A DNA stretch of 43,352 nucleotides from Bdellovibrionales bacterium (GTDB lineage: Bacteria; Bdellovibrionota; Bdellovibrionia; Bdellovibrionales; UBA1609): NCBI GenBank assembly GCA_028819305.1, contig JAPPLY010000047.1, forward strand, positions 1-43,352, read 5' to 3'. The notes beneath the pieces were generated by a model, which did not search any database, had not been told where the DNA came from, and was given only the letters and a program-made list of their open reading frames with translations. A program made the translations under genes and the position numbers. This document shows positions 28,669-38,741 of this stretch, one piece after another; the first letter of the stretch is position 1, and each line of letters opens with the position of its first letter.

Positions 28669-28738
28669 CAGGAGACAGTGCCAGACTTGTCAATAGGAAA
28701 GACTTTAAACCCAAAGCCTTTAACTGAAAAGCCATTTT
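28669..28738 (+). pseudogene. 3-prime remnant of a paralog of the 22252-22878 gene
   Basis: 59/70 nt identical to 22820-22889. Encodes GDSARLVNRKDFKPKAFN* versus GDSASLVNKKDFKPKAFN*. Confidence 0.8.
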
Positions 28739-28767
28739 GAAAGTAAGAGTTCAGTTTTGTAAACAGG

Positions 28768-28803
28768 AAAGGCGGTAAGGCAATTTGTTGCCTTACCGCC
28801 TTT
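28768..28803. terminator. Strong hairpin, probable intrinsic (possibly bidirectional) terminator
   Basis: AAAGGCGGTAAGGCAA-tttg-TTGCCTTACCGCCTTT, a 16-bp perfect stem ending in a T run. Confidence 0.7.
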
Positions 28804-28846
28804 TGAAAGCAGGGAATAAGGATCACACCGGACTTGTGTAAAAATA

Positions 28847-29050
28847 ATGAAATTTAAAGAGAGAGCTTTATACTTTTTATCTTATGTTCTAGCTGGGGTT
28901 GTGGTGTTTTCATTCCTATACTGGTATTTTTGGCTGGCTCCTAATGAAAATGGTGAGGAAATAATAAGAGGCCCTGCTATTATTCCCGTTGAAGAAGGTT
29001 GTTACATTAAAATGGAAAATGGAGAGTGTGCTGAACCAGGTTCATTTTAA
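28847..29050 (+). CDS. Small single-pass membrane protein
   Basis: 67 aa with a basic N-terminus, one TM helix and an acidic tail containing two Cys. Confidence 0.5.
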   Translation: MKFKERALYFLSYVLAGVVVFSFLYWYFWLAPNENGEEIIRGPAIIPVEEGCYIKMENGECAEPGSF

Positions 29051-29275
29051 ACCCAATGAAACACTTCAGGAGAGAACAAGATTTAAAAGCGAGTTCGGAT
29101 TTGAGCACAGAGCAACCTATGGTTGCTCTGTGGCAAACCGCATGTTTGAGCCTTTTAAATCTTGTTCTCTCCTGAAAAAAGTCATTACTTTAAACCCAAA
29201 GGGATTTATTAATGAGCGTGCTCCTCGATTGCATGAAACAAAATAGCTTTACTGCCGGCTCGGTGTAATCTGGTA

Positions 29276-30010
29276 TTAGAAAAAAGGAACCCCTTTTGTG
29301 GCCAGGTAAATCAGTTGTGATGAAAGCCAATGAGCCGGGAATACCAGATAACGGAAACCGCCAGTTACAAAAAGGGCAATTAAGATAAAGGAAGTGTAAG
29401 TTTCCCATTGCTCCAGACGCCAATTCCATTCTACCGGTAGGAAACGGGCTATTACTTTTCCCCCATCTAAGGGATGTAGAGGGATAAGGTTGAAAAGCCC
29501 CAATAATAGATTGATATAAATAAAAGCTTGTAGAATGAGATTAGCTCCCACTAGAGATGAGAAAAGCGGATGGTCCGGTGTAGTAGCATACGCATAGGGT
29601 CCCCCTATCATTTCTATAGAAGATAGTGGCAAGTGAGATAGCAAAGATAAAATAGCCAGTACAATAGTCCCTAAAAAAGCTAGACAAAAGTTAGATAAGG
29701 GACCTGCAAAAGCGATCCAGAACATATCCTGTTTTGGTTTTTTTAAAACAGAAGGATTAACAGGTACCGGCTTAGCCCAACCAAATACAGGTAGTCCCAT
29801 AAATATAGACATCAGAGGCAATATAAAAGTTCCTATTATATCTGCATGAACAAAAGGGTTTAGGCTCAGCCGGCCTTCGTCACGAGCGAGATGGTCTCCT
29901 TTAAGAGAGGCGACCCAGGCATGCGCCCATTCGTGTACACAAAGCGAAAAAAGCAAAGGCACATAAAAAATAAAAAAACGGGAAACCAGTTGATATACAG
30001 AATCCGACAT
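29276..30010 (-). CDS. Site-2 protease (M50 zinc metalloprotease)
   Basis: HEWAH, GWAKPVP, AGPLSN and FNLIPLHPLDG. Confidence 0.92.
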   Translation of the reverse strand: MSDSVYQLVSRFFIFYVPLLFSLCVHEWAHAWVASLKGDHLARDEGRLSLNPFVHADIIGTFILPLMSIFMGLPVFGWAKPVPVNPSVLKKPKQDMFWIAFAGPLSNFCLAFLGTIVLAILSLLSHLPLSSIEMIGGPYAYATTPDHPLFSSLVGANLILQAFIYINLLLGLFNLIPLHPLDGGKVIARFLPVEWNWRLEQWETYTSFILIALFVTGGFRYLVFPAHWLSSQLIYLATKGVPFF

Positions 30011-30124
30011 AACTTATAGTATATGTTTTTCCTAACTGCTGTGCAATACTTTGGCTTACTCGTTAATTTAAGAAAAATTAAATTTTCCATGTAGAAAAAA
30101 TACCATAAATAAAAAAATAAGGTT

Positions 30125-31831
30125 ATGATCCCTTTTATGGATATGAACAGTTACGAGTCTTTGATTTTAAAGAATAGCACTTTAAGTAAAGCGCAATTAC
30201 GGACTATTCTGAGTTCAAAAAATAAAAAAGGTGTTAGTCTTCAACAAGCTTTGGAAAAACAAAAAAAAAGCTTTTCCTCTGGAGAGGAAGCTTTATCTTT
30301 CCTATGTCAACATTTACAGGTTCCTTTTATAAAGGAAGTGCCTGTTCAGGAAATTGCGGATGAACTCATCCAACATTTCCCCATTAGTTATGCTAAGGCA
30401 AACATGGTTTTGCCTTTTAAAGTGGAAGGGCACAAAATTCATATCTTGAGTGCTAATCCTCTTAATTTTCAGGTGTTTTCTGACCTGAAGCTGAAATTTA
30501 AAAAAGAGGTGCGTCCTGTTGTTAGTCTTGGTTCAAAAGTGCAGGAAGCTATTAATAGTGTGTATGAAAGGAGCTCCGGTGAGCTAGATGAGTTTGCCGA
30601 TATTAGCAAAGAGGATTATGATCTGGAAAGTACGGTCATTGACCTGTTGGATGCGGATGACTCCGCACCGGTTATTAAGTTGGTGAACACTCTTCTTTTT
30701 AAAGCGGTTAAGGAAAGAGCTTCTGATATTCATATTGAGCCTTATGAAAAGGAGTTGGTAGTAAGGTTTCGTGTGGATGGAGCTTTATATTCCATTTTTA
30801 AACCGCCAAAGAGTTTGCAAAATGCCATTATTTCCCGAATAAAAATTATGGGAGACTTAAATATTGCGGAAAAAAGATTGCCCCAGGATGGAAGAATTCA
30901 TCTTCGTCTGGCGGGAAAAGATGTGGATATCAGACTTAGCTCTATTCCCACAGCCTTTGGTGAAAGGTTAGTCCTGCGTATGCAAGATCGCACTCAAGTG
31001 GTTTTAGAATTAGATGAGTTGGGTTTTTCCACTCAGAATTTAAAAAACTTTAATGCTCTTTTAGATAAAAATTATGGAATTATTTTGATTACGGGGCCTA
31101 CAGGAAGCGGGAAGTCCACTACCTTATATGCTGCACTTAATCAAATTAACTCTATAGATCAAAATATTATTACTGTGGAAGACCCTGTAGAAAGACGCAT
31201 AAAAGGAATTGGGCAGATTCAAGTTAATTCAAAAATCGGATTAACATTTGCAAACGGCCTTCGTTCTATTTTGCGTCAAGACCCTGATACTATTATGGTT
31301 GGTGAAATTCGGGATATTGAAACGATGAAAATTGCGATCAATGCCTCCTTAACCGGTCACCTGGTGCTTTCCACAATACACACAAATGACTCTGCTTCTG
31401 TTTTTCCTCGTTTAATTGATATGGGAGGGGAACCTTTTTTAATTGCCACTTCTATTTTAGGTGTTATGGCTCAACGCTTGGTGAGGGTTCTTTGTCAGGA
31501 TTGTCGTCAATCCTATAAACCGACAAAAAAAGATGTTGCTTTTCTTAATAGTGAAAATAAAGACATGAAAATACCCTCAAAGATATTTAAAGCTAAGGGA
31601 TGTAAAAATTGTGAGTTTAAAGGTTATGTAGGTAGAACTATGATACAAGAGATCCTTGTAACGGATGAAGACATTCGTGTTCTGGTAATGAACCATAAAG
31701 ATAGCCATTCTATTAAAAAAAAGGCACTCAAAAAAGGTATGGTTACTTTTCGGCAAAATGGCATAGAGAAGATATGTAAAGGAATTACTACTATTGAAGA
31801 GGTGGTGTATAATACACAGTTGGATGCCTGA
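30125..31831 (+). CDS. gspE: Type II secretion / type IV pilus assembly ATPase
   Basis: ASDIHIEP, RLPQDG, Walker A GPTGSGKST, LRQDPDTIMVGEIRD, TGHLVLSTIHTN and a tetracysteine motif. Confidence 0.88.
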   Translation: MIPFMDMNSYESLILKNSTLSKAQLRTILSSKNKKGVSLQQALEKQKKSFSSGEEALSFLCQHLQVPFIKEVPVQEIADELIQHFPISYAKANMVLPFKVEGHKIHILSANPLNFQVFSDLKLKFKKEVRPVVSLGSKVQEAINSVYERSSGELDEFADISKEDYDLESTVIDLLDADDSAPVIKLVNTLLFKAVKERASDIHIEPYEKELVVRFRVDGALYSIFKPPKSLQNAIISRIKIMGDLNIAEKRLPQDGRIHLRLAGKDVDIRLSSIPTAFGERLVLRMQDRTQVVLELDELGFSTQNLKNFNALLDKNYGIILITGPTGSGKSTTLYAALNQINSIDQNIITVEDPVERRIKGIGQIQVNSKIGLTFANGLRSILRQDPDTIMVGEIRDIETMKIAINASLTGHLVLSTIHTNDSASVFPRLIDMGGEPFLIATSILGVMAQRLVRVLCQDCRQSYKPTKKDVAFLNSENKDMKIPSKIFKAKGCKNCEFKGYVGRTMIQEILVTDEDIRVLVMNHKDSHSIKKKALKKGMVTFRQNGIEKICKGITTIEEVVYNTQLDA

Positions 31832-31862
31832 TATTTTTTAACTCCCTTAAAAAGCGAGTTTA

Positions 31863-32060
31863 ATGGGAGAAGCGGGCTTGCCTTTACTGGAGAGAGGCTT
31901 TGAAACAGGTAATCAGATGTTGCAAAAGCGCGCTCTGAGTTCAGCGGTCTGGATAGGAGAGGCTGCCATTCCTATGTTAAAGCGTGTTTTGAAAAACAAA
32001 AATTTGAGCAAAAAAATAAAAACAGATACTGAAGAGACTTTACAATGGGTGGCAATATAG
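31863..32060 (+). pseudogene. Fragment of a HEAT/PBS-lyase-like repeat protein
   Basis: Two units 31 aa apart (MGEAGLPLLERGFE / IGEAAIPMLKRVLK). In-frame stop just upstream and no clear RBS. Confidence 0.4.
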
Positions 32061-32177
32061 GAAGAACATAAAAAACTGATTTTTTTTAAGTTTTTCTATT
32101 TGATCATTAGGCAGAGTACCACGGCTTTAGCTATAAGGGTCTCTTACTAACAAAATACTCGATTTTTCAGAAATTTT

Positions 32178-32888
32178 ATGTATAGTACCCATATTATGAG
32201 TCAGATCAATAGAATGAATGAACACCTAACTCCTACTGAATTGCGTATCAGGTGTCCTTATTGTTTTCAAATTTTTAAGGCATTTAAAAAAGAATTTGAA
32301 GAAGATATGCCTGATTTTCAGTGTTCTGTTTGTCAGGAGAAATTTTGGATTAACTCTAAGGATAAAGAGCCTGTTATTTTAGGAAAACCAGGGGATATGC
32401 AAAAGGCTCTGAATCGTCCTCGTCATCTCTCCGGTTTAGGTGTTTCCACCAAGATATGCCCTAGATGTACTGAAGAAGTGCCCATAAAGGACCAGGAGTG
32501 TTCCTACTGTGGGGTGGTATTTATTAAAATTATTGAAGGTGTAGAGTCTTCTTTTAAGCTGAGAGGTCTGTGGGCGAAGGTGGTTAAGAACTGGCATAAC
32601 GAAAATATGCACGATGAGTTTTTAAGGGTTTGCCATAAACAAAATGAGATTGTTTATGGAGTGTCCTGTTATGGGCGGATTTTAAAAGAGGATAAAGATA
32701 ATAAAAAAGCCAAAGAAATGATTAAGAGGATGGAAGCTTTAACATGGTTTTTTGAAGAAGAGCTTTCCCTTCCTAAAATGACACCACGAAAAGCACTGTA
32801 TAAACTGAATGCCTGGCTGAGAGGCCATGTTTTTGATGCGCTCATGTTAGCTATAGCCTTATGCTTTTTAGTTTATGTTTTTACCTAG
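32178..32888 (+). CDS. Double zinc-ribbon protein with a C-terminal membrane anchor
   Basis: CPYC...CSVC and CPRC...CSYC, a helical domain and a C-terminal hydrophobic helix. Start uncertain. Confidence 0.75.
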   Translation: MYSTHIMSQINRMNEHLTPTELRIRCPYCFQIFKAFKKEFEEDMPDFQCSVCQEKFWINSKDKEPVILGKPGDMQKALNRPRHLSGLGVSTKICPRCTEEVPIKDQECSYCGVVFIKIIEGVESSFKLRGLWAKVVKNWHNENMHDEFLRVCHKQNEIVYGVSCYGRILKEDKDNKKAKEMIKRMEALTWFFEEELSLPKMTPRKALYKLNAWLRGHVFDALMLAIALCFLVYVFT

Positions 32889-32987
32889 TTTATGACTGAG
32901 TTTTACGAGTTTAGGGCGCAGGGCTAAAAAAGTGGGTTCAATAAAGCAAAAATAAAACCCTTTGGTTTTTCAGAAAGGAGAAAAAAT

Positions 32988-34037
32988 ATGTTCAGTATAT
33001 GTGAATATATCTGGATGGATGGAGCCACTCCCACCCAAAAACTTAGATCAAAAACCCGTATTCTAAAGTTAAAGCCTTTTGATAAATTAAATGCGGCAGA
33101 TTTTCCAGAGTGGGGCTTTGATGGGTCTTCCACTTACCAGGCTCCAGGAAATAAATCCGATCTTGTTTTAAAACCGATATGTTTTGTCAAAGATTCTTAC
33201 AGAGGGGAACACCATTATCTGGTTATGTGTGAGGTATTTAACCCCGATGGGTCGCCTCATCCTACAAATACAAGAGCCGAGTTGAGGAAGGTTTTAGATG
33301 CAGGGGCTGGCAAAGAGGAACCTTGGTTTGGTGTAGAACAGGAATATACTCTTTTTCGTAATCGTATTCCCTTGGGTTGGCCCGATAAGGGTTACCCGGC
33401 ACCTCAGGGGCCTTTTTATTGTGGAATTGGAGCGGATGAAGTTTTTGGACGGGAATTAGTCGAAAGGCATCTGCAATGTTGTGTTTCAGCCGGTATTATG
33501 ATTTTCGGAGTTAATGCTGAAGTGATGCCGGGACAGTGGGAATTTCAAATTGGTTATAGGCATATAGAGGGGGAGTCGGCAGATCCTTTGACTATTTCTG
33601 ATCACGCTTGGCTAGCTCGTTATTTTTTGTATCGTTTGGGAGAGGATTTTAAAATCACAGCGACCTTGGATAACAAACCCATTAAAGGAAATTGGAATGG
33701 AGCAGGACAACACACCAATTTCTCCATTAAATCCATGAGAGACTCTAAAACAGGAAAGGCTGTTATTGAAAAATCCATTGCTCTGTTGTCTAAAAAACAT
33801 CAAGAGCATATAGAGGTATATGGACATGGCTTGTCTGAACGATTGACGGGCTTACATGAAACTTGCCATATTGACGAATTTAAACATGGGGTAGCGGACA
33901 GAGGAGCTTCCATTAGAATACCGCTTCATGTATCCAAGAAAGGTTATGGTTATCTGGAAGACCGTCGTCCTGGTGCCAATGCCGATCCTTATCAGGTGTC
34001 CGCCCGTATTCTAAAAACCATCTGTGAAATTAACTAA
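32988..34037 (+). CDS. glnII: Glutamine synthetase type II (eukaryote-like GSII)
   Basis: 349 aa with EYIWMDG, FDGSST, PWFGVEQEY, PQGPFYCG, NAEVMPGQWEFQIG, WNGAG, RLTGLHET and GYLEDRRP. RBS AAGGAG. Confidence 0.92.
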   Translation: MFSICEYIWMDGATPTQKLRSKTRILKLKPFDKLNAADFPEWGFDGSSTYQAPGNKSDLVLKPICFVKDSYRGEHHYLVMCEVFNPDGSPHPTNTRAELRKVLDAGAGKEEPWFGVEQEYTLFRNRIPLGWPDKGYPAPQGPFYCGIGADEVFGRELVERHLQCCVSAGIMIFGVNAEVMPGQWEFQIGYRHIEGESADPLTISDHAWLARYFLYRLGEDFKITATLDNKPIKGNWNGAGQHTNFSIKSMRDSKTGKAVIEKSIALLSKKHQEHIEVYGHGLSERLTGLHETCHIDEFKHGVADRGASIRIPLHVSKKGYGYLEDRRPGANADPYQVSARILKTICEIN

Positions 34038-34417
34038 TCGGTATAAATAAAAATACAACTTCTTTTTAGGGTAAGTATAAGAAATATAATTTATGAATTT
34101 TTCAACAAATTGAATAATCTTTTATTTATATAATAACTTTCCTTACCTATTTTGTTTTTTTCTAAAATATTATTTTTTGCTAGTTAACTTTATGGTGTAT
34201 CTATAAAAAAGTAGTTAATCTGGCCTGTATGTGTATAATTAAAATAGAAGTTACGATAGTGTAACTTTTACATTACTGTACTGATTTTAAACAGAAGCTT
34301 TCCCTTCATTATAAGAAAACTTTGTTTAAAATAGAGTCTTCCTATACACTCCTTTTTGCATATAATCTTATTATAAATAAGTTTAAAAACACTGTATATA
34401 TAAGAGTGTAAATAAAA

Positions 34418-35971
34418 ATGAAAAATAAAATAATCTTACTTTTACTGATGATAACCTTCAACGCAGAAGCTTTGTATAACTCTCCTCCTGTTTTGGAAGA
34501 GATAAGTCTTCTTGCTAATCAAAGTGTCATCTCTTATGAAGAAGGAATAGAAGCTTTACTGGCCTTACCGGGTATTTTTTCTGATCGAAACTTTGACCAT
34601 ATAGAAAGTTCGGAAGAAAAAGGAAAACAACTTAAGGAATGGAAAACTTTATATAATAATATTCATAATAAACTTTTTGTCCTCACTCATATAGCCAGAA
34701 TCCGACATCAAATATTATCAGAAGGGATCATGGGAGATTTTAGATTCATCGGGCATGAATGGCAAACTCAAGCTCATGTAACAAGATTAAGAATGAAGAG
34801 AACGCAACTGCAAGATTTAGAACAGGCTTTAGACATTATTTCTGCTGAAGATTTTAAGCATAGTGAACATGAATTTCAGTCCTTAAGTGATATTGGAAAA
34901 ATATATCCAGAAGAATCTATGGATACGGATGAACAACCAATAAACGCTTTTTCATTTTCAAAAAGCTTCTCAAAAAAGGCTTCAAGAGTAGGATTAAATC
35001 CCTTGCTGTTGTTTTCATCCCCACTACATAACACACCTATTAGAATGGAGAGTTTAATAAAAATGAATCAGGATGTGACAGAACTTATAAGAGTGATAAG
35101 AGAGGCTCAGATTTTGAACAATGCTTCACAAAGATTTATATCCAAATACCGATCCGCTCAGGCTTTTGATATGTCCTATCGAGAGAATACTTCTTTACCA
35201 GAAGAGTCCTTCCCATTTTTAAACCGTTTAGATATAGACGGTCCAACACCTTATTTTGCACAAAACGACCTATCTCGGCTATACAAAACAGCTCCTTCTT
35301 CTCAAGCTAAATCAAAGGCTTGTGTCGGATTTTCTCTGGCTTCCGACATGGAGCTAGAATTACAAAAGGCAAATAAATTAAAAAAAGATGAAGCCTTATT
35401 TCCTTTTTCAGTTTACACTGCTATTCGCTACCAGGAAGACGGAATACAAGCACCTGATTGCCCAGAACTACACAGCTTTTCTGATATCGTAGCGGAAGGA
35501 GCCTGGGAAAGAGATAGAGGTATTACAATAGATATGAGAGTAGGTATGGGAATAGATACTCTTACAAATACAAAATACTGTCTTACTTCTTCTGCAAAAA
35601 AGGCACCGGAACATACAGGCTATGTATCTATAAAAAATATAGAAATATATGACGGCGAAGTCACTTTCGATTTATTAAAAGCCATGATTGATCATAGAAG
35701 ACCCCCTGTACTAATCATTAAATCTGACTCCAGAGAAGAGGTTGAGGACTGGATAAATCCTAACAGCACTGGTTCTACCCGACATGCATTAGTGGTTGTA
35801 GGTTATGGAACAAATGATATAGACCCTTTTTCTTTAAGACAGGGGCCTTATTTTTTGGTTCGAGATAGTCTCGCCTCCCATCCTATTCACTATAAAGTCA
35901 GTGCTAAAGACCTTTTGGATAATTCTTTAGGAATTTTAAAAATCAGTCAGTTGGAAAGATATTCAGAATAA
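34418..35971 (+). CDS. Secreted protein with a C-terminal papain-like (clan CA) cysteine peptidase domain
   Basis: Signal peptide ending AEA-L, QAKSKACVGFS (oxyanion Gln and catalytic Cys), HALVVVGYG and YFLVRDS. Confidence 0.7.
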   Translation: MKNKIILLLLMITFNAEALYNSPPVLEEISLLANQSVISYEEGIEALLALPGIFSDRNFDHIESSEEKGKQLKEWKTLYNNIHNKLFVLTHIARIRHQILSEGIMGDFRFIGHEWQTQAHVTRLRMKRTQLQDLEQALDIISAEDFKHSEHEFQSLSDIGKIYPEESMDTDEQPINAFSFSKSFSKKASRVGLNPLLLFSSPLHNTPIRMESLIKMNQDVTELIRVIREAQILNNASQRFISKYRSAQAFDMSYRENTSLPEESFPFLNRLDIDGPTPYFAQNDLSRLYKTAPSSQAKSKACVGFSLASDMELELQKANKLKKDEALFPFSVYTAIRYQEDGIQAPDCPELHSFSDIVAEGAWERDRGITIDMRVGMGIDTLTNTKYCLTSSAKKAPEHTGYVSIKNIEIYDGEVTFDLLKAMIDHRRPPVLIIKSDSREEVEDWINPNSTGSTRHALVVVGYGTNDIDPFSLRQGPYFLVRDSLASHPIHYKVSAKDLLDNSLGILKISQLERYSE

Positions 35972-36016
35972 AAGTTGGAAAATTTTACTAATTAACATTT
36001 TTACTGGAAGAAAAAC

Positions 36017-37756
36017 TTACTCAATCCTTAACTGGAAAAATCGGTTCATAAAAGGTGATAATAATCGAATCAGGTAAAAAACAAATAGCAAAAAGAATAA
36101 ACCCCATAAGAAATAGGAATTGATGTAGTAACCCCATAAGGTAAAAACACTTTGTTTATTGTTTTCCATACTATAATAAGGCACTTCCTGCATCCATCCT
36201 GTCGCTGTGTTTAGAGTAGATATATTCTCTACTTCTCCTTTAGCGGAGATAAAGGCAGACAGGCCAGTGTTGGTTCCTCTGATAAGAGGACGTCGGACTT
36301 CTATAGCCCTGGCTAGAGTCATGTACAGATGTTGCCAGGGTTGTTGCCAGCTTCCATACCAGGAATCATTGGTGACATTGACCAATACTTGTGTTCCTTC
36401 TTTTGCCAGATTCCTGGTGAAGAAATCAAAAATCCCCTCATAGCAGATTTGAAACCCTAAGTTAATTCCATTAAGTTTTGTTACTTTGTTTTCTCCGGTG
36501 CCTCTTTGAAAAGATCGGCCATAATAAGGAAGCCATTTTTCTATCGGTAACCATTTTTCTCCAGGTAGATATTCTCCAAAAGCCAGCAATAAAGTTTTAT
36601 GATAGGGAGCTTGAACCAGTTGCCCATCTTTACCGAAGACAAAAATGGAATTGCTTATTCCTTTTGAGCTTTTTCCTGTTGCCGATAATACTAAGGGACT
36701 TTGCCATTTTCTTATGTATTTATGATACTCAGGGAGTGTTGTTTTTTTGTAACTTCCCGGCTTTTTCCCCTTATTAGCCAAGTTGTTAAACTTGATATTT
36801 TCCAATATTTTTTTATTATCGTATTTGATTTGATAAGGGTAAGCTCCTTCTGGCCACAGTATAAAATCAGGTGGAGTCTTTGTATTAAAGTGTTTTTTTG
36901 TTTCATCAATCAGCTTTGATAAAGCGAGTGGTCGAGGATCTGTTTTTAATCTGTTGTAGGCGGTGCTTAGGTTTTCAATGTTAGGTTGGATAATAAGCAC
37001 CTGGGCTTTTTGATTCGGCTCCGGCCATCTCTCTTTTAAATATTGGCCGTAGAAATTTAAACTTATGAATAATAAAATCCATGTAGCTAATATCGGTACA
37101 GCCTTACTGAATGAGATTAAGGTAATATGGTTTGATGTTTTTAATTGTTTTTCTATATACCCTAGAGCTTCACCCAAATAAATCCCTTTAGGTTTAAACA
37201 GGCACAGAAAAAGTAAGTTAAAAAATAAAGTGATGGTATGCAAAAACTGAAAACCCCATATTTCCGCTGTTTGAGCCGCAGGCCATTTTGCATAAAGCCA
37301 GGTATAGCCAAAGTTCCATTTAAAAATCATGGGATAATATTCGATACATAAAGCGAAAAGCAGAGGAAGCAAAAGGAGGGAAAGCCTAGGGTGCATCTTC
37401 ATGTTTTTTAGTTTTTTTTGTGAGATAAACCAAAAGAATAAAGCAATAGGGATATGTAGATTAGCAAAGCTGGCAAATCCTAAAAGCCCAATTATAGCCA
37501 GAGGCCAGGGAAAAAAACCAAACTCCCTTATAGTGTAGGCTACCCAGTTAAATCCAATTAAAACACCCACAAACTGACAAAGCCAGGCTCCTATTAAAAG
37601 GGGCTTTAGTTTTGTTTGTTTTAAGGCGAAAAGCCAGAGGGGAATGTAGCAAAAGAATATCGCCCACGGAGGAAAGGGCATGTAGCTGGTGCCCATGAGA
37701 AGGCCAGATAATAAGGGCAAAGAGTAATAGAGAAAAAAGTTTTTAATTTTTAACAT
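36017..37756 (-). CDS. lnt: Apolipoprotein N-acyltransferase
   Basis: IQPNI, WPE, YHK..LAFGEY, ICYE, NVTNDSWY, RAIE and NTGLS. Confidence 0.93.
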   Translation of the reverse strand: MLKIKNFFLYYSLPLLSGLLMGTSYMPFPPWAIFFCYIPLWLFALKQTKLKPLLIGAWLCQFVGVLIGFNWVAYTIREFGFFPWPLAIIGLLGFASFANLHIPIALFFWFISQKKLKNMKMHPRLSLLLLPLLFALCIEYYPMIFKWNFGYTWLYAKWPAAQTAEIWGFQFLHTITLFFNLLFLCLFKPKGIYLGEALGYIEKQLKTSNHITLISFSKAVPILATWILLFISLNFYGQYLKERWPEPNQKAQVLIIQPNIENLSTAYNRLKTDPRPLALSKLIDETKKHFNTKTPPDFILWPEGAYPYQIKYDNKKILENIKFNNLANKGKKPGSYKKTTLPEYHKYIRKWQSPLVLSATGKSSKGISNSIFVFGKDGQLVQAPYHKTLLLAFGEYLPGEKWLPIEKWLPYYGRSFQRGTGENKVTKLNGINLGFQICYEGIFDFFTRNLAKEGTQVLVNVTNDSWYGSWQQPWQHLYMTLARAIEVRRPLIRGTNTGLSAFISAKGEVENISTLNTATGWMQEVPYYSMENNKQSVFTLWGYYINSYFLWGLFFLLFVFYLIRLLSPFMNRFFQLRIE

Positions 37757-37847
37757 GAATTATATGTAAGTCATTTTTCATATAATATTCCAAAATGGAC
37801 AAATGTGCAATCTGATTGCGTATCTGGCCAAGTAAGGAATTTGACCT

Positions 37848-38741
37848 CTATCGGCTTTTAGGATCAAAAGCGTCTCGCAAACCATCTCCCATTAAATTAA
37901 AAGCCATCATGGTGCAAAATATAGCCACCCCTGGAGCTATCATCAGATGAGGGTAAGAACGAAGAGACTTCCAACCTTCTTCCGCTAGTACACCCCAGGA
38001 GCTATAAGGAGGTTGCAATCCCAAGCCCAGGAAGCTTAAAAAACTTTCAAATAAAATATTAGATGGAATTTGCAAAGTCAGCAAAACAATAATCGGTCCT
38101 AAAATATTAGGAAGAATATGACGAATCACAATTCTCCAACCTTTGTCACCTAAAGAACGAGCCGACTCCACATAAAGTTTTTCTTTTTCCTGTAACACCT
38201 GTCCTCTTACAACACGAGCCAAAGTCACCCAGCCCACTAAACTTAAAGCCACCAGGATACCCATTAAAGCTTTTAACTCAGGGTGTGTAATTAAAGACAA
38301 AGAATCAAAAATCACTTTTACTAAAATCAACAACACCAAAGAGGGAATGGAATATAAAATATCAATCGCCCTCATCATAAGAGCATCTATCCGACCTCCT
38401 ATCCAACCAGATACAGCTCCGTAAGCCACCCCCATTATAAGGGAAATCAGGGCTGTAAAAACCCCCACAGCCAAAGACACACGCCCCCCATATATAAGGC
38501 GGGATAATAAGTCCCTCCCTAAATTATCTGTCCCTAACAAATGTTCTTGCCCTGGGGGTAGTAACTCCTTTCCTTCTAGCTGTTCCTCAAAAGAATAAGG
38601 AGAAAAAAAACCTGGGAGAAAACTAATTACAGAAATAATCACAATAAAAATAGTACAAGCTATCCCCAATTTATTTTTCTTGAAACGACGCCAGGATTCC
38701 CACCATAAGCTGTTAGATGTTTTGGCTAATCTGTTTTTCAT
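37848..38741 (-). CDS. oppC: Oligopeptide ABC transporter permease
   Basis: HLLGTDNLGRD, EAA-like loop YVESARSLG, HILPN and GDGLRDAFDP. Confidence 0.9.
   Translation of the reverse strand: MKNRLAKTSNSLWWESWRRFKKNKLGIACTIFIVIISVISFLPGFFSPYSFEEQLEGKELLPPGQEHLLGTDNLGRDLLSRLIYGGRVSLAVGVFTALISLIMGVAYGAVSGWIGGRIDALMMRAIDILYSIPSLVLLILVKVIFDSLSLITHPELKALMGILVALSLVGWVTLARVVRGQVLQEKEKLYVESARSLGDKGWRIVIRHILPNILGPIIVLLTLQIPSNILFESFLSFLGLGLQPPYSSWGVLAEEGWKSLRSYPHLMIAPGVAIFCTMMAFNLMGDGLRDAFDPKSR

Noticed and set aside
28669-28738. DGR template/variable repeat pair with 22820-22889
   Set aside because: Differences are not adenine-specific, are mostly synonymous, and no reverse transcriptase is present.
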